From Vicinamibacteria bacterium (GTDB lineage: Bacteria > Acidobacteriota > Vicinamibacteria > Marinacidobacterales > Marinacidobacteraceae): a stretch of DNA of 64,000 bases. A program made the position numbers and the translations under genes. The stretch lies in NCBI GenBank assembly GCA_964291235.2, contig OZ219816.1:1472001-1536000 (forward strand), in the 5' to 3' direction. Below the pieces are notes generated by a model. It ran no database searches and was not told where the DNA came from. It saw nothing but the letters and a program-made list of their open reading frames with translations. Below are positions 37,352 through 46,358 of this stretch, piece by piece. The first letter of the stretch is position 1; each line of letters begins with the position of its first letter.

Positions 37352-38281
37352 ATGCCGCAGTTCCCTCAGTTCCCGGGTAACGAACCCGTCTTCTGGGTAC
37401 GCACCGGAAGCCGGGGGATCGTCTCCGTCACCGGGGCGGACCGGATCGCATTCCTCACCCGCATCATGTCCGGAGCCCTGCCGGCCGCCCCCGGCGCCGC
37501 TCGGACCGCGCTTCTCGGCCCGAAGGGGAACGTGATCGCGGCCGCCATCGCCACGGCGACCAGCAAGACGGTATTCCTCGAGTGCGAACGGAGCCGGGAG
37601 CACGCACTCGCCGCCGCGCTCGACCGTTACCGGATTGCAGACGATGTGGAAATCTCGCTCCCGGAACGTGACGGCTTCGAGATTCTGGTAACCGATGCCG
37701 CTCCCACCCCGGAAGAGCCCGACCTCGCGCCGCCGGGGTGGGTTCTGGAAACCGGCGCCGGTTTCATGCGCCGGGACTTCCGCCCCTGGTCGGCGACCAC
37801 GATCCTTCATCTTGGCGTTCAGGCTCGTGGCCAGGTCTCGTTCCAGGAATTGATGCTCGACGACGGCGCGGCGGTCGAATCGTCGCCGGCCGAACAGGAG
37901 TACCTCCGGATTCTCGCGGGCGAACCCCGCTGGGGCGCCGAACTGGACGAGCGTTCCCTGCCCCTCCAGAGCGGACTCACCGCCCACGCCCGCCTCGGCA
38001 AGGGTTGCTATATCGGGCAGGAGTACGTGGCGCGCCAGGCCCACCGCGGCCGGATCCCGCGGTTACTGCGTCGCCTCGATTTCGAGGAGGGGACGCCGGA
38101 GGCCGGTAGCGAGATCGTGTTCACAGGGGTCACGGCCGGCCGGATCAGCAGCGAGGCGAAGCGGCCCGCCGGCTGGGGTGGTCCGGCCGCGGTCGCGCTC
38201 GCCACGCTTTCCGCCGACATTGCCCCCGGCGCCACCGTCGAGGTCCATCCCGGACTCAGCGCCCGCGTCGCGGACATCTGA
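37352..38281 (+). CDS. ygfZ: Folate-binding YgfZ/GcvT-family protein
   Basis: Signature KGCYIGQE; V.G.D...FL and RI.AGEP.WG.EL motifs. Confidence 0.88.
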   Translation: MPQFPQFPGNEPVFWVRTGSRGIVSVTGADRIAFLTRIMSGALPAAPGAARTALLGPKGNVIAAAIATATSKTVFLECERSREHALAAALDRYRIADDVEISLPERDGFEILVTDAAPTPEEPDLAPPGWVLETGAGFMRRDFRPWSATTILHLGVQARGQVSFQELMLDDGAAVESSPAEQEYLRILAGEPRWGAELDERSLPLQSGLTAHARLGKGCYIGQEYVARQAHRGRIPRLLRRLDFEEGTPEAGSEIVFTGVTAGRISSEAKRPAGWGGPAAVALATLSADIAPGATVEVHPGLSARVADI

Positions 38282-38293
38282 GCCCCCCGGCGC

Positions 38294-38560
38294 GGCCGGC
38301 ATCGCAACCCCAGGCCGCAAAACTTCCAGACCTATTCGTCTTCACCTCCCGGACCCAATCCGTGACGGCGAAGACGCCGCGAGCGTAGGAGCGCCGGCCT
38401 CCGGCCGGCATCGCGGCCCCAGGCCGCGAACTCCCAAACCTATTCGTCCTCACGTCCGGGACCCAATCCGTGGCGGCAAAGTCGCCGCGAGCGTAGGAGC
38501 GCCGGCCTCCGGCCGGCATCGCGGCCCCAGGCCGCGAAACTCCCAGACTCAATCGTCCCC
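38294..38560 (+). repeat. About 2.5 tandem copies of a 108-109 bp unit carrying GTAG-type REP hairpins
   Basis: GGCCGGCATCGC at 38294, 38403 and 38511. Each full unit contains GTAGGAGCGCCGGCCTCCGGCCGGC. Confidence 0.85.
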
Positions 38561-38689
38561 GACGGCGCCAACCAAAACGGGGACGGCGCACCGCCGTACA
38601 AGCCCGAAAGTGGCGCAGCGCCACCCTGCCGGGCCGCGGCGCCATCCCGACGGATCCCGTTGGGGAGGTTTCGCCCGCTGCGCGGGCGG

Positions 38690-38820
38690 CGCCAGCCTGG
38701 AGGCTGGCCCATTTCTCCCGGTGAGGGTTCCTGGCCGCGAAACGCACCTACCGCCCCTCCGGCCGAATCCGTTATCGACCGGAGCCGCCATCCCCGATCC
38801 CCGATATCGACCGGAGCTCC
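38690..38820 (+). repeat. REP-family hairpin/leader plus two degenerate copies of the 32-bp array unit
   Basis: CCGTTATCGACCGGAGC (38769) and CCGATATCGACCGGAGC (38801), 32 bp apart, after GGCCCATTTCTCCCGGTGAGGG. Confidence 0.7.
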
Positions 38821-38848
38821 CGCCGGCCGCCCGCCGGGAGGGCGGCGT

Positions 38849-38877
38849 TTGACGCGGCCCACTCGGTGCACCACAAT
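38849..38877 (+). promoter_or_regulatory. Sigma70-like promoter TTGACG-N17-CACAAT overlapped by GGTGCA repeats
   Basis: -35 at 38849-38854, -10 at 38872-38877; GGTGCA at 38865, 38878 and 38888; ATG at 38886. Confidence 0.6.
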
Positions 38878-38885
38878 GGTGCATC

Positions 38886-39113
38886 ATGGTGCAATCCGGT
38901 GACGGTGGCCCTCGCGGCGCATCGGTCGCGGTCCGTCGCGTCTCGGTCTCGTTCGACCGCGGGGACTACGACGAACTCGTCCGGATCGCCGCCGAAAAGC
39001 GCGTCTCCCTCGCCTGGGTGGTCCGGGACGCGGTAGCCGCCTACATCTTCCGGCGCGGGCCGCTGTTCCGGCAGCCGCCCCACAGTCGGCGCGGGCGGAG
39101 GGATCCGGAATGA
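38886..39113 (+). CDS. CopG/ribbon-helix-helix DNA-binding protein
   Basis: RVSVSF beta-ribbon followed by DYDELVRIA and VSLAWVVRDAVAAY helices. Confidence 0.75.
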   Translation: MVQSGDGGPRGASVAVRRVSVSFDRGDYDELVRIAAEKRVSLAWVVRDAVAAYIFRRGPLFRQPPHSRRGRRDPE

Positions 39114-39171
39114 CCGTCTCCCGTCTCCGTCCCCCTCGGGGTGTCACCTTCTGGCGCACTGACGTCCGAGA

Positions 39172-40389
39172 ATGCGCCCCATGACCGTCACCACTCTCGT
39201 CCTCGCCCTGCTCGCGGCGGGCCTGGTCGCCGCCACCTTCTATTTCGTCGGAGTCCGGACGGGTGAGCGGCTCGGCCGCGACCAGACCCGCTCCGACCTC
39301 GACCAGATCGCCCGCGCCGCGGCGGCCGAGAGCAACGAGCAGGCCCGGGCTGCCTACGAACACGTCACCGGCCAGGCCGTGGAACGTCTCCAGGCCGCGA
39401 CCCGGACCGACCGGGAACTCGGCCAGGCGAAGTTCGCCGAGACCGCCGCTCCCCTGCAGGAGTCGCTCGCCAAGGTGGAAACACTCACCCGCGAGCTGGA
39501 GAAGAAACGGGCGAACGATCACGGCGCGCTCCAGGAACTGACCCGCAGCCTTTCCGCGCAGGTCGAAACCGTGCGCGACAGCAGCCGCTCGCTCCTCGAC
39601 GCGCTGAAGGGCGACCGTCAGGCCCGCGGCCGCTGGGGCGAAATCCAGCTCGAAAACCTCATCGAGTCGGTGGGGCTCAATCCGCACTGCGACTTCGAGA
39701 CCCAGACCGGCCGGAATGGTTCCCGTCCGGACCTGCTGCTGAATCTGCCGAACGGGGCGTTCCTGCCAGTGGATTCCAAGGTTCCCCTTGACGACTACCT
39801 CACGGCCACCGACGTGCGTTCCCCGGAACTTCAGGACGCCGCCTACGCGAAGCACGCCCAGCGCGTCAAGGCGCACGCCGACGCGCTCTCCCGGCGGAAC
39901 TATCCGGACAAGGTCGGCGATGGCCCACCGTTCACGGTGATGTTCCTGCCCATCGAATCCCTGCTCTCGGAGGCGATCCGCCAGGAGCCCGATCTCCTGC
40001 AGTTCGCAGCCGATCGGAGGGTGGTCCTCGCCACCCCGCACACGCTCCTCGGGCTGCTCTGGAGCGTCGCCGCCATGTGGCGGAACGAGACCAGCACCCG
40101 AAACGCCGAAGAGATGCGGAAGGCAGGCCTCGCACTCGAAAAGCGCCTCGAGATCTTTCTCGGCCACTTCGCGGACGTCGGAACCCAGCTCGCCAAAACG
40201 AACGCGGTGTACAACGCCGCCGCCGGGTCGGCCGAATCGCGCCTGACTCCGCACCTTCGCCGACTCCGCGAGTTGGGCGGCCAGGCCGAAGAGACCCCCG
40301 GCGACAAGCTCCCGAAGCCCGTCGAGGTGGCGCCCCGCCGCCTCTTCGCGGACGACGTGGACATGGTCGCCGCTCGCGAACTCATGTAG
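39172..40389 (+). CDS. rmuC: DNA recombination protein RmuC
   Basis: N-terminal TM and coiled coil; RGRWGE, RPD, VDSKVP, MFLP.ES, LATP.TLL.LL. Confidence 0.92.
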   Translation: MRPMTVTTLVLALLAAGLVAATFYFVGVRTGERLGRDQTRSDLDQIARAAAAESNEQARAAYEHVTGQAVERLQAATRTDRELGQAKFAETAAPLQESLAKVETLTRELEKKRANDHGALQELTRSLSAQVETVRDSSRSLLDALKGDRQARGRWGEIQLENLIESVGLNPHCDFETQTGRNGSRPDLLLNLPNGAFLPVDSKVPLDDYLTATDVRSPELQDAAYAKHAQRVKAHADALSRRNYPDKVGDGPPFTVMFLPIESLLSEAIRQEPDLLQFAADRRVVLATPHTLLGLLWSVAAMWRNETSTRNAEEMRKAGLALEKRLEIFLGHFADVGTQLAKTNAVYNAAAGSAESRLTPHLRRLRELGGQAEETPGDKLPKPVEVAPRRLFADDVDMVAARELM

Positions 40390-40550
40390 CGGCGGCCCGG
40401 GCAGCCGCCCGCCGGCCGCGCCCCAGACCGGCCACCAGACCGGCCACCGGGCCGGCCCGCGCGGCCGAGCGCCACCGGGCCAGCCGCGGAAGCCGGTCCG
40501 GTGGCGCGCCGCTCCGGATCCGGCAATGGATCGGAAGCGCGGCGCCCTTT

Positions 40551-40742
40551 TCGGGGTGACGACTTCTGGCGCAGGCGGCGGTCATCCTCTTGCCCATGAC
40601 GATCCTCGCGCTCCTCCTGGCCCTCCTGGCGTCCGTCGTGGTTCCCGGCGGCTTCTACCTGGCGAGCCTCACGCCCGCAGGTGGGTCGCCGGGCGACGCG
40701 GCTTCCCCCCCGTCCCCACACACACGACCTTGGCCGTTCTGA
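40551..40742 (+). pseudogene. Degenerate duplicate of the rmuC upstream region and N-terminus (48-codon ORF 40596-40742)
   Basis: TCGGGGTGACGACTTCTGGCGCA versus TCGGGGTGTCACCTTCTGGCGCA upstream of rmuC; MTILALLLALLASVVVPGGFYL versus MTVTTLVLALLAAGLVAATFYF. Confidence 0.5.
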
Positions 40743-40754
40743 CACCATAGCCCC

Positions 40755-41618
40755 ATGAGACGCATCGGACTCGCCCTCGCGCTCCTCCTGCTCGCGCCGT
40801 CCATCTCACTCGCCACCTGGTCGGTGATCGCGGTGGACCGGAACTCCGGCCAGGTGATCATCGCGTCGGCCACCTGCGTCCGGCAGTCGCGGTTCCCTCC
40901 CCGGCCGGCGCGCGACCTGATGGACATCCAGGCGGTCGTCGTGCCGGGCGTCGGGGTTGCCGCCTGCCAGGCCGGGGTGGACAACACCCGTGCGAACCAG
41001 AAGCTGGTATACGAGGAGATCCGCAAGGGCACCGACCCCGAGCGGATCATCGAACTTCTCCGGGAGCAGGAAAACCAGAAGGACGAGCCGCAAATGGAGC
41101 GCCGGCAATTCGGCATCCTCGACCTCGAGGGCCGCAGCGCGGGTTTCAACGGTCAGCGGAACAGCGCCGCCTCGCTCTACGTTTCGGGACAGGTGGGGGA
41201 CGACATCTTCGTTCAGGTGCAGGGCAACATCCTGTTCGACGACGACGTCGCGGAGGATGCCGTTCTCGCCTTCATGCGGGCCAAGGGGACGCTCGCCGAC
41301 CGGGTGATGGCGGCCATGGAAGGCGCCGACCGGGCCGGTGGCGACAAGCGCTGCACCTGCGAGGAGGAACCAAGACCCGCGGCGCCCTGCGACGGCAAGA
41401 CCTCGCACGTGGCCTACATCGCCGTCGCCAACCGGGACGACGCGCTGGGCCAGTCGCATAACGACGGCGACTACTACGCATACCTGAGCGCGACTGACGA
41501 AGACATCCAGCCGCACGAAAACGCCAATCCGGTGATCACCCTCCGGCTCCGCTATGACACCTGGAAGGATGCCGGGAGCAAACGGACGGGAATGCCCCCC
41601 TCGATGATCCCCGAATGA
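40755..41618 (+). CDS. DUF1028 family (Ntn-hydrolase-like) secreted protein
   Basis: Signal peptide then TWSVIA; RQFGI, VQGNIL, LADRVMAAME, GGDKRC. Confidence 0.82.
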   Translation: MRRIGLALALLLLAPSISLATWSVIAVDRNSGQVIIASATCVRQSRFPPRPARDLMDIQAVVVPGVGVAACQAGVDNTRANQKLVYEEIRKGTDPERIIELLREQENQKDEPQMERRQFGILDLEGRSAGFNGQRNSAASLYVSGQVGDDIFVQVQGNILFDDDVAEDAVLAFMRAKGTLADRVMAAMEGADRAGGDKRCTCEEEPRPAAPCDGKTSHVAYIAVANRDDALGQSHNDGDYYAYLSATDEDIQPHENANPVITLRLRYDTWKDAGSKRTGMPPSMIPE

Positions 41619-43072
41619 GATCGTTTCCGGTCACGGCTCTCGCCGCTGTCGCCATTCTCGCCGCCGGGCCCGCGCCCGTTGTGGCGCAGCCGGACGAAGG
41701 GGACAACGCGCCCAATTGGCCCCGCTTTCGGGGACCCGACGCCAACCCGGTGGGCGCCCACCCCGACCTCCCGACGACCTGGTCCACCACCGACAACGTC
41801 GAATGGGCAGTCGCCGTCCCGGGCGTCGGCTGGTCCTCCCCCGTCGTTTGGGGGAACCGGGTCTTCCTGACCGCCGCCACCAGTCCGGGTGCAATGAAGG
41901 GACCGTCGCTCGGGACCGATTTCAGCAACAACTACATCGCCGAACTGCGCGCCCAGGGTTTGCCCCCCGAAGAGGTCAATCGGCGGCTCTACGCCCGCGA
42001 TCGCGAGTTGCCGGAGGAAGTCGTCATCAGGCTCCATCTCTTCTGTCTGGACCTCACCTCCGGGGAAATGCTCTGGGAGCGGGAGCTCTATCGGGGCCGG
42101 CCACTCGGGGGCCGGCACCGAAAGAACAGCTACGCCTCCGAGACGCCGGTCACCGACGGGACGAACGTTTACGTTTACTTCACCCACCACGGCCTGTTCG
42201 CCTTCGACATGGAAGGCAATCCGGTTTGGGAGACCCCCCTGGCGTCATTTCCCACGGTGCGCGATTTCGGGACGGGCGCCTCTCCAGCCCTTCACGGAGA
42301 CCACCTCTACGTCCTCAACGACAACGAGGAATCCGGCTTTCTCGCCGCGTTCGACAAGCGAAGCGGCAAGGAGAGCTGGCGCACGCACCGGGAGATCACC
42401 GAACGCCGGAAGACCGGCTGGTCCACTCCCTTCGTTTGGGACAACGAGCTGCGCAGCGAGATCGTGACCGTCGGACCCGGAATCGTGATCAGCTACGACC
42501 TCGCCGGAAATCCGCTCTGGCGGATGGGGCGGACGGCGGGATCTCCGATCCAGAGTCCGTTCTCCTGGGGGGACCGGCTCTTCCTCGCCGCCGGAGCCTC
42601 GGGCGGGCAATACCGGCCCCTGGCTGCGATCGCCCCGGGCGGCTCCGGAGACATCACGCCGCCCCAGGGCAGCAACCGGAGCGATCATGTGCTCTGGTAC
42701 GACCGCCTCGCCGGGGGCACCTACCTCCCCACTCCCGTGATCTACGACGGCGCGCTCTACGTGTTGTATTCGCGCGGCATCTTCGCCCGCTATGACGTCG
42801 ATACCGGTGAGCGGGTCTATCGGTCGCGGATCGCGCAGGGGGCCGCCGCCTTCACCGCCTCGCCCTGGGCCTACGGGGGCTACGTCTTCGCTCTGGGAGA
42901 AGAGGGTGACACCTTCGTGATCGAGGCCGGCGACGAGTACCGGCTGGCGGGAGTCAACGATCTGGGCGACTGGACCCTCGCCTCCCCCGCGATCGTCGGA
43001 GATCGGTTGCTGATCCGCACCCGGACCCGCCTGTATTCCATCCGCGCCGGCGAAGCGACGATGGAGCCCTGA
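41615..43072 (+). CDS. PQQ-binding-like beta-propeller repeat protein
   Basis: WPRFRGP, G.SSPVVWG, NSYASETPVTDG, WSTP, FTASP, ASPAI. Confidence 0.85.
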   Translation: MRSFPVTALAAVAILAAGPAPVVAQPDEGDNAPNWPRFRGPDANPVGAHPDLPTTWSTTDNVEWAVAVPGVGWSSPVVWGNRVFLTAATSPGAMKGPSLGTDFSNNYIAELRAQGLPPEEVNRRLYARDRELPEEVVIRLHLFCLDLTSGEMLWERELYRGRPLGGRHRKNSYASETPVTDGTNVYVYFTHHGLFAFDMEGNPVWETPLASFPTVRDFGTGASPALHGDHLYVLNDNEESGFLAAFDKRSGKESWRTHREITERRKTGWSTPFVWDNELRSEIVTVGPGIVISYDLAGNPLWRMGRTAGSPIQSPFSWGDRLFLAAGASGGQYRPLAAIAPGGSGDITPPQGSNRSDHVLWYDRLAGGTYLPTPVIYDGALYVLYSRGIFARYDVDTGERVYRSRIAQGAAAFTASPWAYGGYVFALGEEGDTFVIEAGDEYRLAGVNDLGDWTLASPAIVGDRLLIRTRTRLYSIRAGEATMEP

Positions 43073-43141
43073 CGCCGCTGGCAGCCCGTGGTGAAACCCG
43101 CGTGGGTTTTGCGACAGGCTGCTGACGGCGCCGCGCACCTC

Positions 43142-44083
43142 TTGAGGTGCACCGGAACCGCCGTCCTCAGCCTGGCGGTGATTGCCGGGTGCCAGGGTGC
43201 GGAGCACCCGAGCCCGACACCGCCAACCATCCGCCTGGCGTGGCCGCTCGGGGGCGTCTTCGCCCGGGACTGGGTGGTCAACAACTACGTGGACCTTCAA
43301 CCCGGGCCGGGAACCCGCGACTACCAAGGCGGCGCCAGGACATACGACCGTCACCAGGGAACCGATATCGACGTTCCCAACTTCCGCTGGATGGACCGGG
43401 GATTCCCGGTCCTGGCCGCCGCGGGGGGCGTTGTCACCGCGACGCACGATGGCGAGTTCGACCGGAACACGGGCTGCGGATTCCTGGATGTGCTGTCCCG
43501 TCCCAACCTCGTTGAGGTGACGCACCAGGACGGATCGCGAACCCGCTATCTCCACCTGCGCCGCGGATCGGTGAAGCGCGTCGTCGGTGAGCGGGTCAGC
43601 GCGGGCGACGAGATCGGGACGGTCGGGAGTTCCGGATGTTCTACCGCACCGCATCTCCACTTCGAGGTCCGCGGCCCCGCGGGACAGATCGTCGATCCCT
43701 TCCACGCGTCGCTGTGGACGAATTCTCCACCCTACCGAGTGCCCCTCACCCTCATGGACTATGTCGTGAAGGACGGCCGAGTCGCCGGAGAATCGGAGTT
43801 GAAGGATCCGGCCGCGAACGCAAGCAAGGTTTCACGCGATCGCCCCCTCGGCATCGGCCTGTTCCTGGCGGGAGGAGCGCCCCGCGATGTCGTCGAGGTC
43901 CGGCTGGAAGGCGCGGCCCTTCCGAGCCTCCTGGCGGTGCTCAGGGACGGGCCGGCCCACAGGTACTGGTTCTGGAATGTTCCCGCGGCCGAACACCGCG
44001 GGATCCGGGGCATCGCGATTCACGCGAACGGCTCATTGCTCGCACGCCACCCACTGCACGCGGACCGCACGCCAGAACCCTGA
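43142..44083 (+). CDS. M23 family metallopeptidase, probable lipoprotein (start uncertain)
   Basis: HQGTDI, Y.HL and HLHFE zinc motifs; lipobox IAGC. Confidence 0.85.
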   Translation: MRCTGTAVLSLAVIAGCQGAEHPSPTPPTIRLAWPLGGVFARDWVVNNYVDLQPGPGTRDYQGGARTYDRHQGTDIDVPNFRWMDRGFPVLAAAGGVVTATHDGEFDRNTGCGFLDVLSRPNLVEVTHQDGSRTRYLHLRRGSVKRVVGERVSAGDEIGTVGSSGCSTAPHLHFEVRGPAGQIVDPFHASLWTNSPPYRVPLTLMDYVVKDGRVAGESELKDPAANASKVSRDRPLGIGLFLAGGAPRDVVEVRLEGAALPSLLAVLRDGPAHRYWFWNVPAAEHRGIRGIAIHANGSLLARHPLHADRTPEP

Positions 44084-44669
44084 AGTGCGCCTCTGGTCCC
44101 TCCATCCCCGCAGTCTGGACCCCCCAACTCCGGCGATTTCGCGAACTCCCGACCCGGACGCGGTGGTCGCCGCCTGTCTCCACGCAGTTGCGGACGAAGC
44201 CGACCGGCGGAACTGCTCCTTCGATCGGCGGCGGATCGGCAGCCCCCACCGGCCGACCGCTCCTCTCCTCGTGACCACCGGACAACTGCGTTTCGAAGCG
44301 GACCACCTCGCGAAGAAGCTCGGGGCGCGTCGGTCCGCACCCGCCGAACGCGCAGACGACCCCGTTCCGATCGTGCCCGATCCCGTGTTTCGCGTCGTGC
44401 CGGGAGGAGTCGCCCCCTGGGAACGGCCCCGCACGTCCTCGCGCTCCCGGCAGCCGGTGGCGGAACCCGCGCGGGTTCACCACGGGCTCTCCCCGGGCGG
44501 TCCCATCCCGTGATCCTCTGCCTCTTCAGCCCCCTCACGAGGACTCCCAACCGCAATATTCTGTTGTGTCAGTTCCTTGGGTCCAAGCGATCCCCACTGG
44601 TCGCCCGGTGTCCTCGCCACGGTGGGGGACCCAGGCGACCGCCGCCACCGGCCGAAGTCCTTTTCCGGG

Positions 44670-44969
44670 TCAGCGGTGGCGCGTCCGTCCCGCCTCCTGG
44701 GCAAACCAAACCGCCGCCTTCTTGAGGATGTCCACCTCCTCTTCCAGTTGCTGAATCATCTGCTTCGCTTCCCGTAGTTCGCGCCGCTCGCCGTCGCTCC
44801 AGTCTTCAGGCGCACCATCCTCCGATTCGGACGCCGCCACCCAGTTCCGAATGGCCTGCGCGCTGGGGTCGAACTCGCGCGACAACTCTTCGGGCGTCCG
44901 GCCGCTCCTTACCAGATCGATCATCTGTCGCCGAAACTCTTCCGTATAGCGGCGGGGCTTGTTGGTCAT
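44670..44969 (-). mobile_element. IS3-family transposase OrfA-like gene, stand-alone
   Basis: RRYTEEFR, HTH ...AIRNWV, leucine zipper, DILKKAAVWFA; AGGAGA RBS. No orfB follows. Confidence 0.85.
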
Positions 44970-45534
44970 GTTTGTCTCCTGAATCCGGTGGCTCGGCACC
45001 GGCGGGTTGGAATTTGCGACACCCGCTGCGCCGCCGCCGGACTCGGCCGATGGCGGCGTATATCGCCAGCACACGGTCCCCCTTCGCCCGGCGAGGCGCG
45101 GTTCACCCGCTCCCGGCTACGAGACCTCGATACGTTGGAGCTGCCAGCCCTTCTCTGGGTCATCGCGGACATCCGGACCGGCACCGTCCCCGGGGTAGGC
45201 GAAATCTCATAGCGGAAGGCGCAAGCTTACCCCGATTTGGTAGCCAGTCGGTTCGCTTGGGTGCAAGACCCAGCCGATTTGGTCCACACATTCATGGCAA
45301 CCTACGTTTGGGTGCCTGTTCGTCGCGCCGGTTCGTCCGGGGATCGTTCCGGAAACCCCGTCCCTCGCGTCGATTGACCCACCAGCGCGCCCGTGTAGGT
45401 CCGCAAGGACTCGCCCCCGGCCGGGCCGGGGGGCGCTTTCATCGAGAACGCGATCCGCTGGGCGGGGCACGTTGCCGCACACCGCGCGCCAGGGCGAATG
45501 CCCCTTTGGTCATGGCCGTCCGTGGCGAAGCACC

Positions 45535-45600
45535 ACTAAAGTTGTGTTGTGGATTTGTGTTACAAATGAAGCATTTACTTGTGTACACTATTGGGGAGTC
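45535..45600. promoter_or_regulatory. AT-rich patch between the divergent IS3-derived ORFs
   Basis: CTAAAGTTGTGTTGTGGATTTGTGTTACAAATGAAGCATTTACTTGTGTACACTATT in a high-GC background. Confidence 0.45.
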
Positions 45601-45824
45601 GCGCGCTGAGTCGGGCGATGTCGACGGTTGGAGGGGCCGAGAGGATCGTTCCGTCTAATCAAGGGCCCCGTGCCGGCCCAAACCGCGGGAAAGGCCTTGA
45701 CCAACATGCAGCGGCGCGCGATTTTCGACACGCACAGCGGTGAAACGAGCGACGTCGTCAGTGCCCGGACGGCCCGGAACGTTCAACCGGGACTGTGGGC
45801 ACCGGCCGTCAGCAGGGCAGCGGG

Positions 45825-46235
45825 ATGACGGTCACCGTTTCCGCGCACGCGCCGCGACCCGTCCCGAGCGGCGAAGCTCCGCTGTCCGCGGTGGATCACG
45901 AAGTGATCTACCGGTTCATTGACATGCACCGGGGACAGCACCGCATTGCGACGATGGCCCGGATCCTCGGAGTCTCCAGGAGCGGCTACTACGCCTGGAA
46001 GACAAGACCGCTGAGTTCGCGGGCACGCGCCGACGAAGTGCTCAAGAAGGAGATCAGCAGCGTGCATGCGTACCACCACGGCGCCTACGGGGCCCCCCGC
46101 ATCCACGAAGTACTGGGGCGCCGGGGTTGGAGGGTAAGTCGCAAGCGCGTCGCCCGGCTAATGCGCGAACTGGGCATTGGCGGTCAGGGGGGAGCACCGC
46201 GCCGCCAAGTTACGAATCGGGGGCAAACCAACTAG
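45825..46235 (+). mobile_element. IS3-family OrfB N-terminal (HTH_21-like) fragment lacking the DDE/rve domain
   Basis: YRFI, MARILGVSRSGYYAW, YGAPRI, VSRKRVARLMRELG, then stop. Confidence 0.85.
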
Positions 46236-46358
46236 TCGGCACGAGTCGCCCAAGGTCCGCCCCTCCTTCGCGACTCCTCCAGTAGTTCGGGGGCGCCCAC
46301 CCCGGGGCGGGCGCACTCACTCGAAGGTCGCCGACTGGTAGCCGGCCGCCGCGACGTT

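Noticed and set aside
44084-44669. IS3 orfB or terminal inverted repeat downstream of orfA
   Set aside because: No OrfB-like translation and no TG...CA-type end could be recognised.
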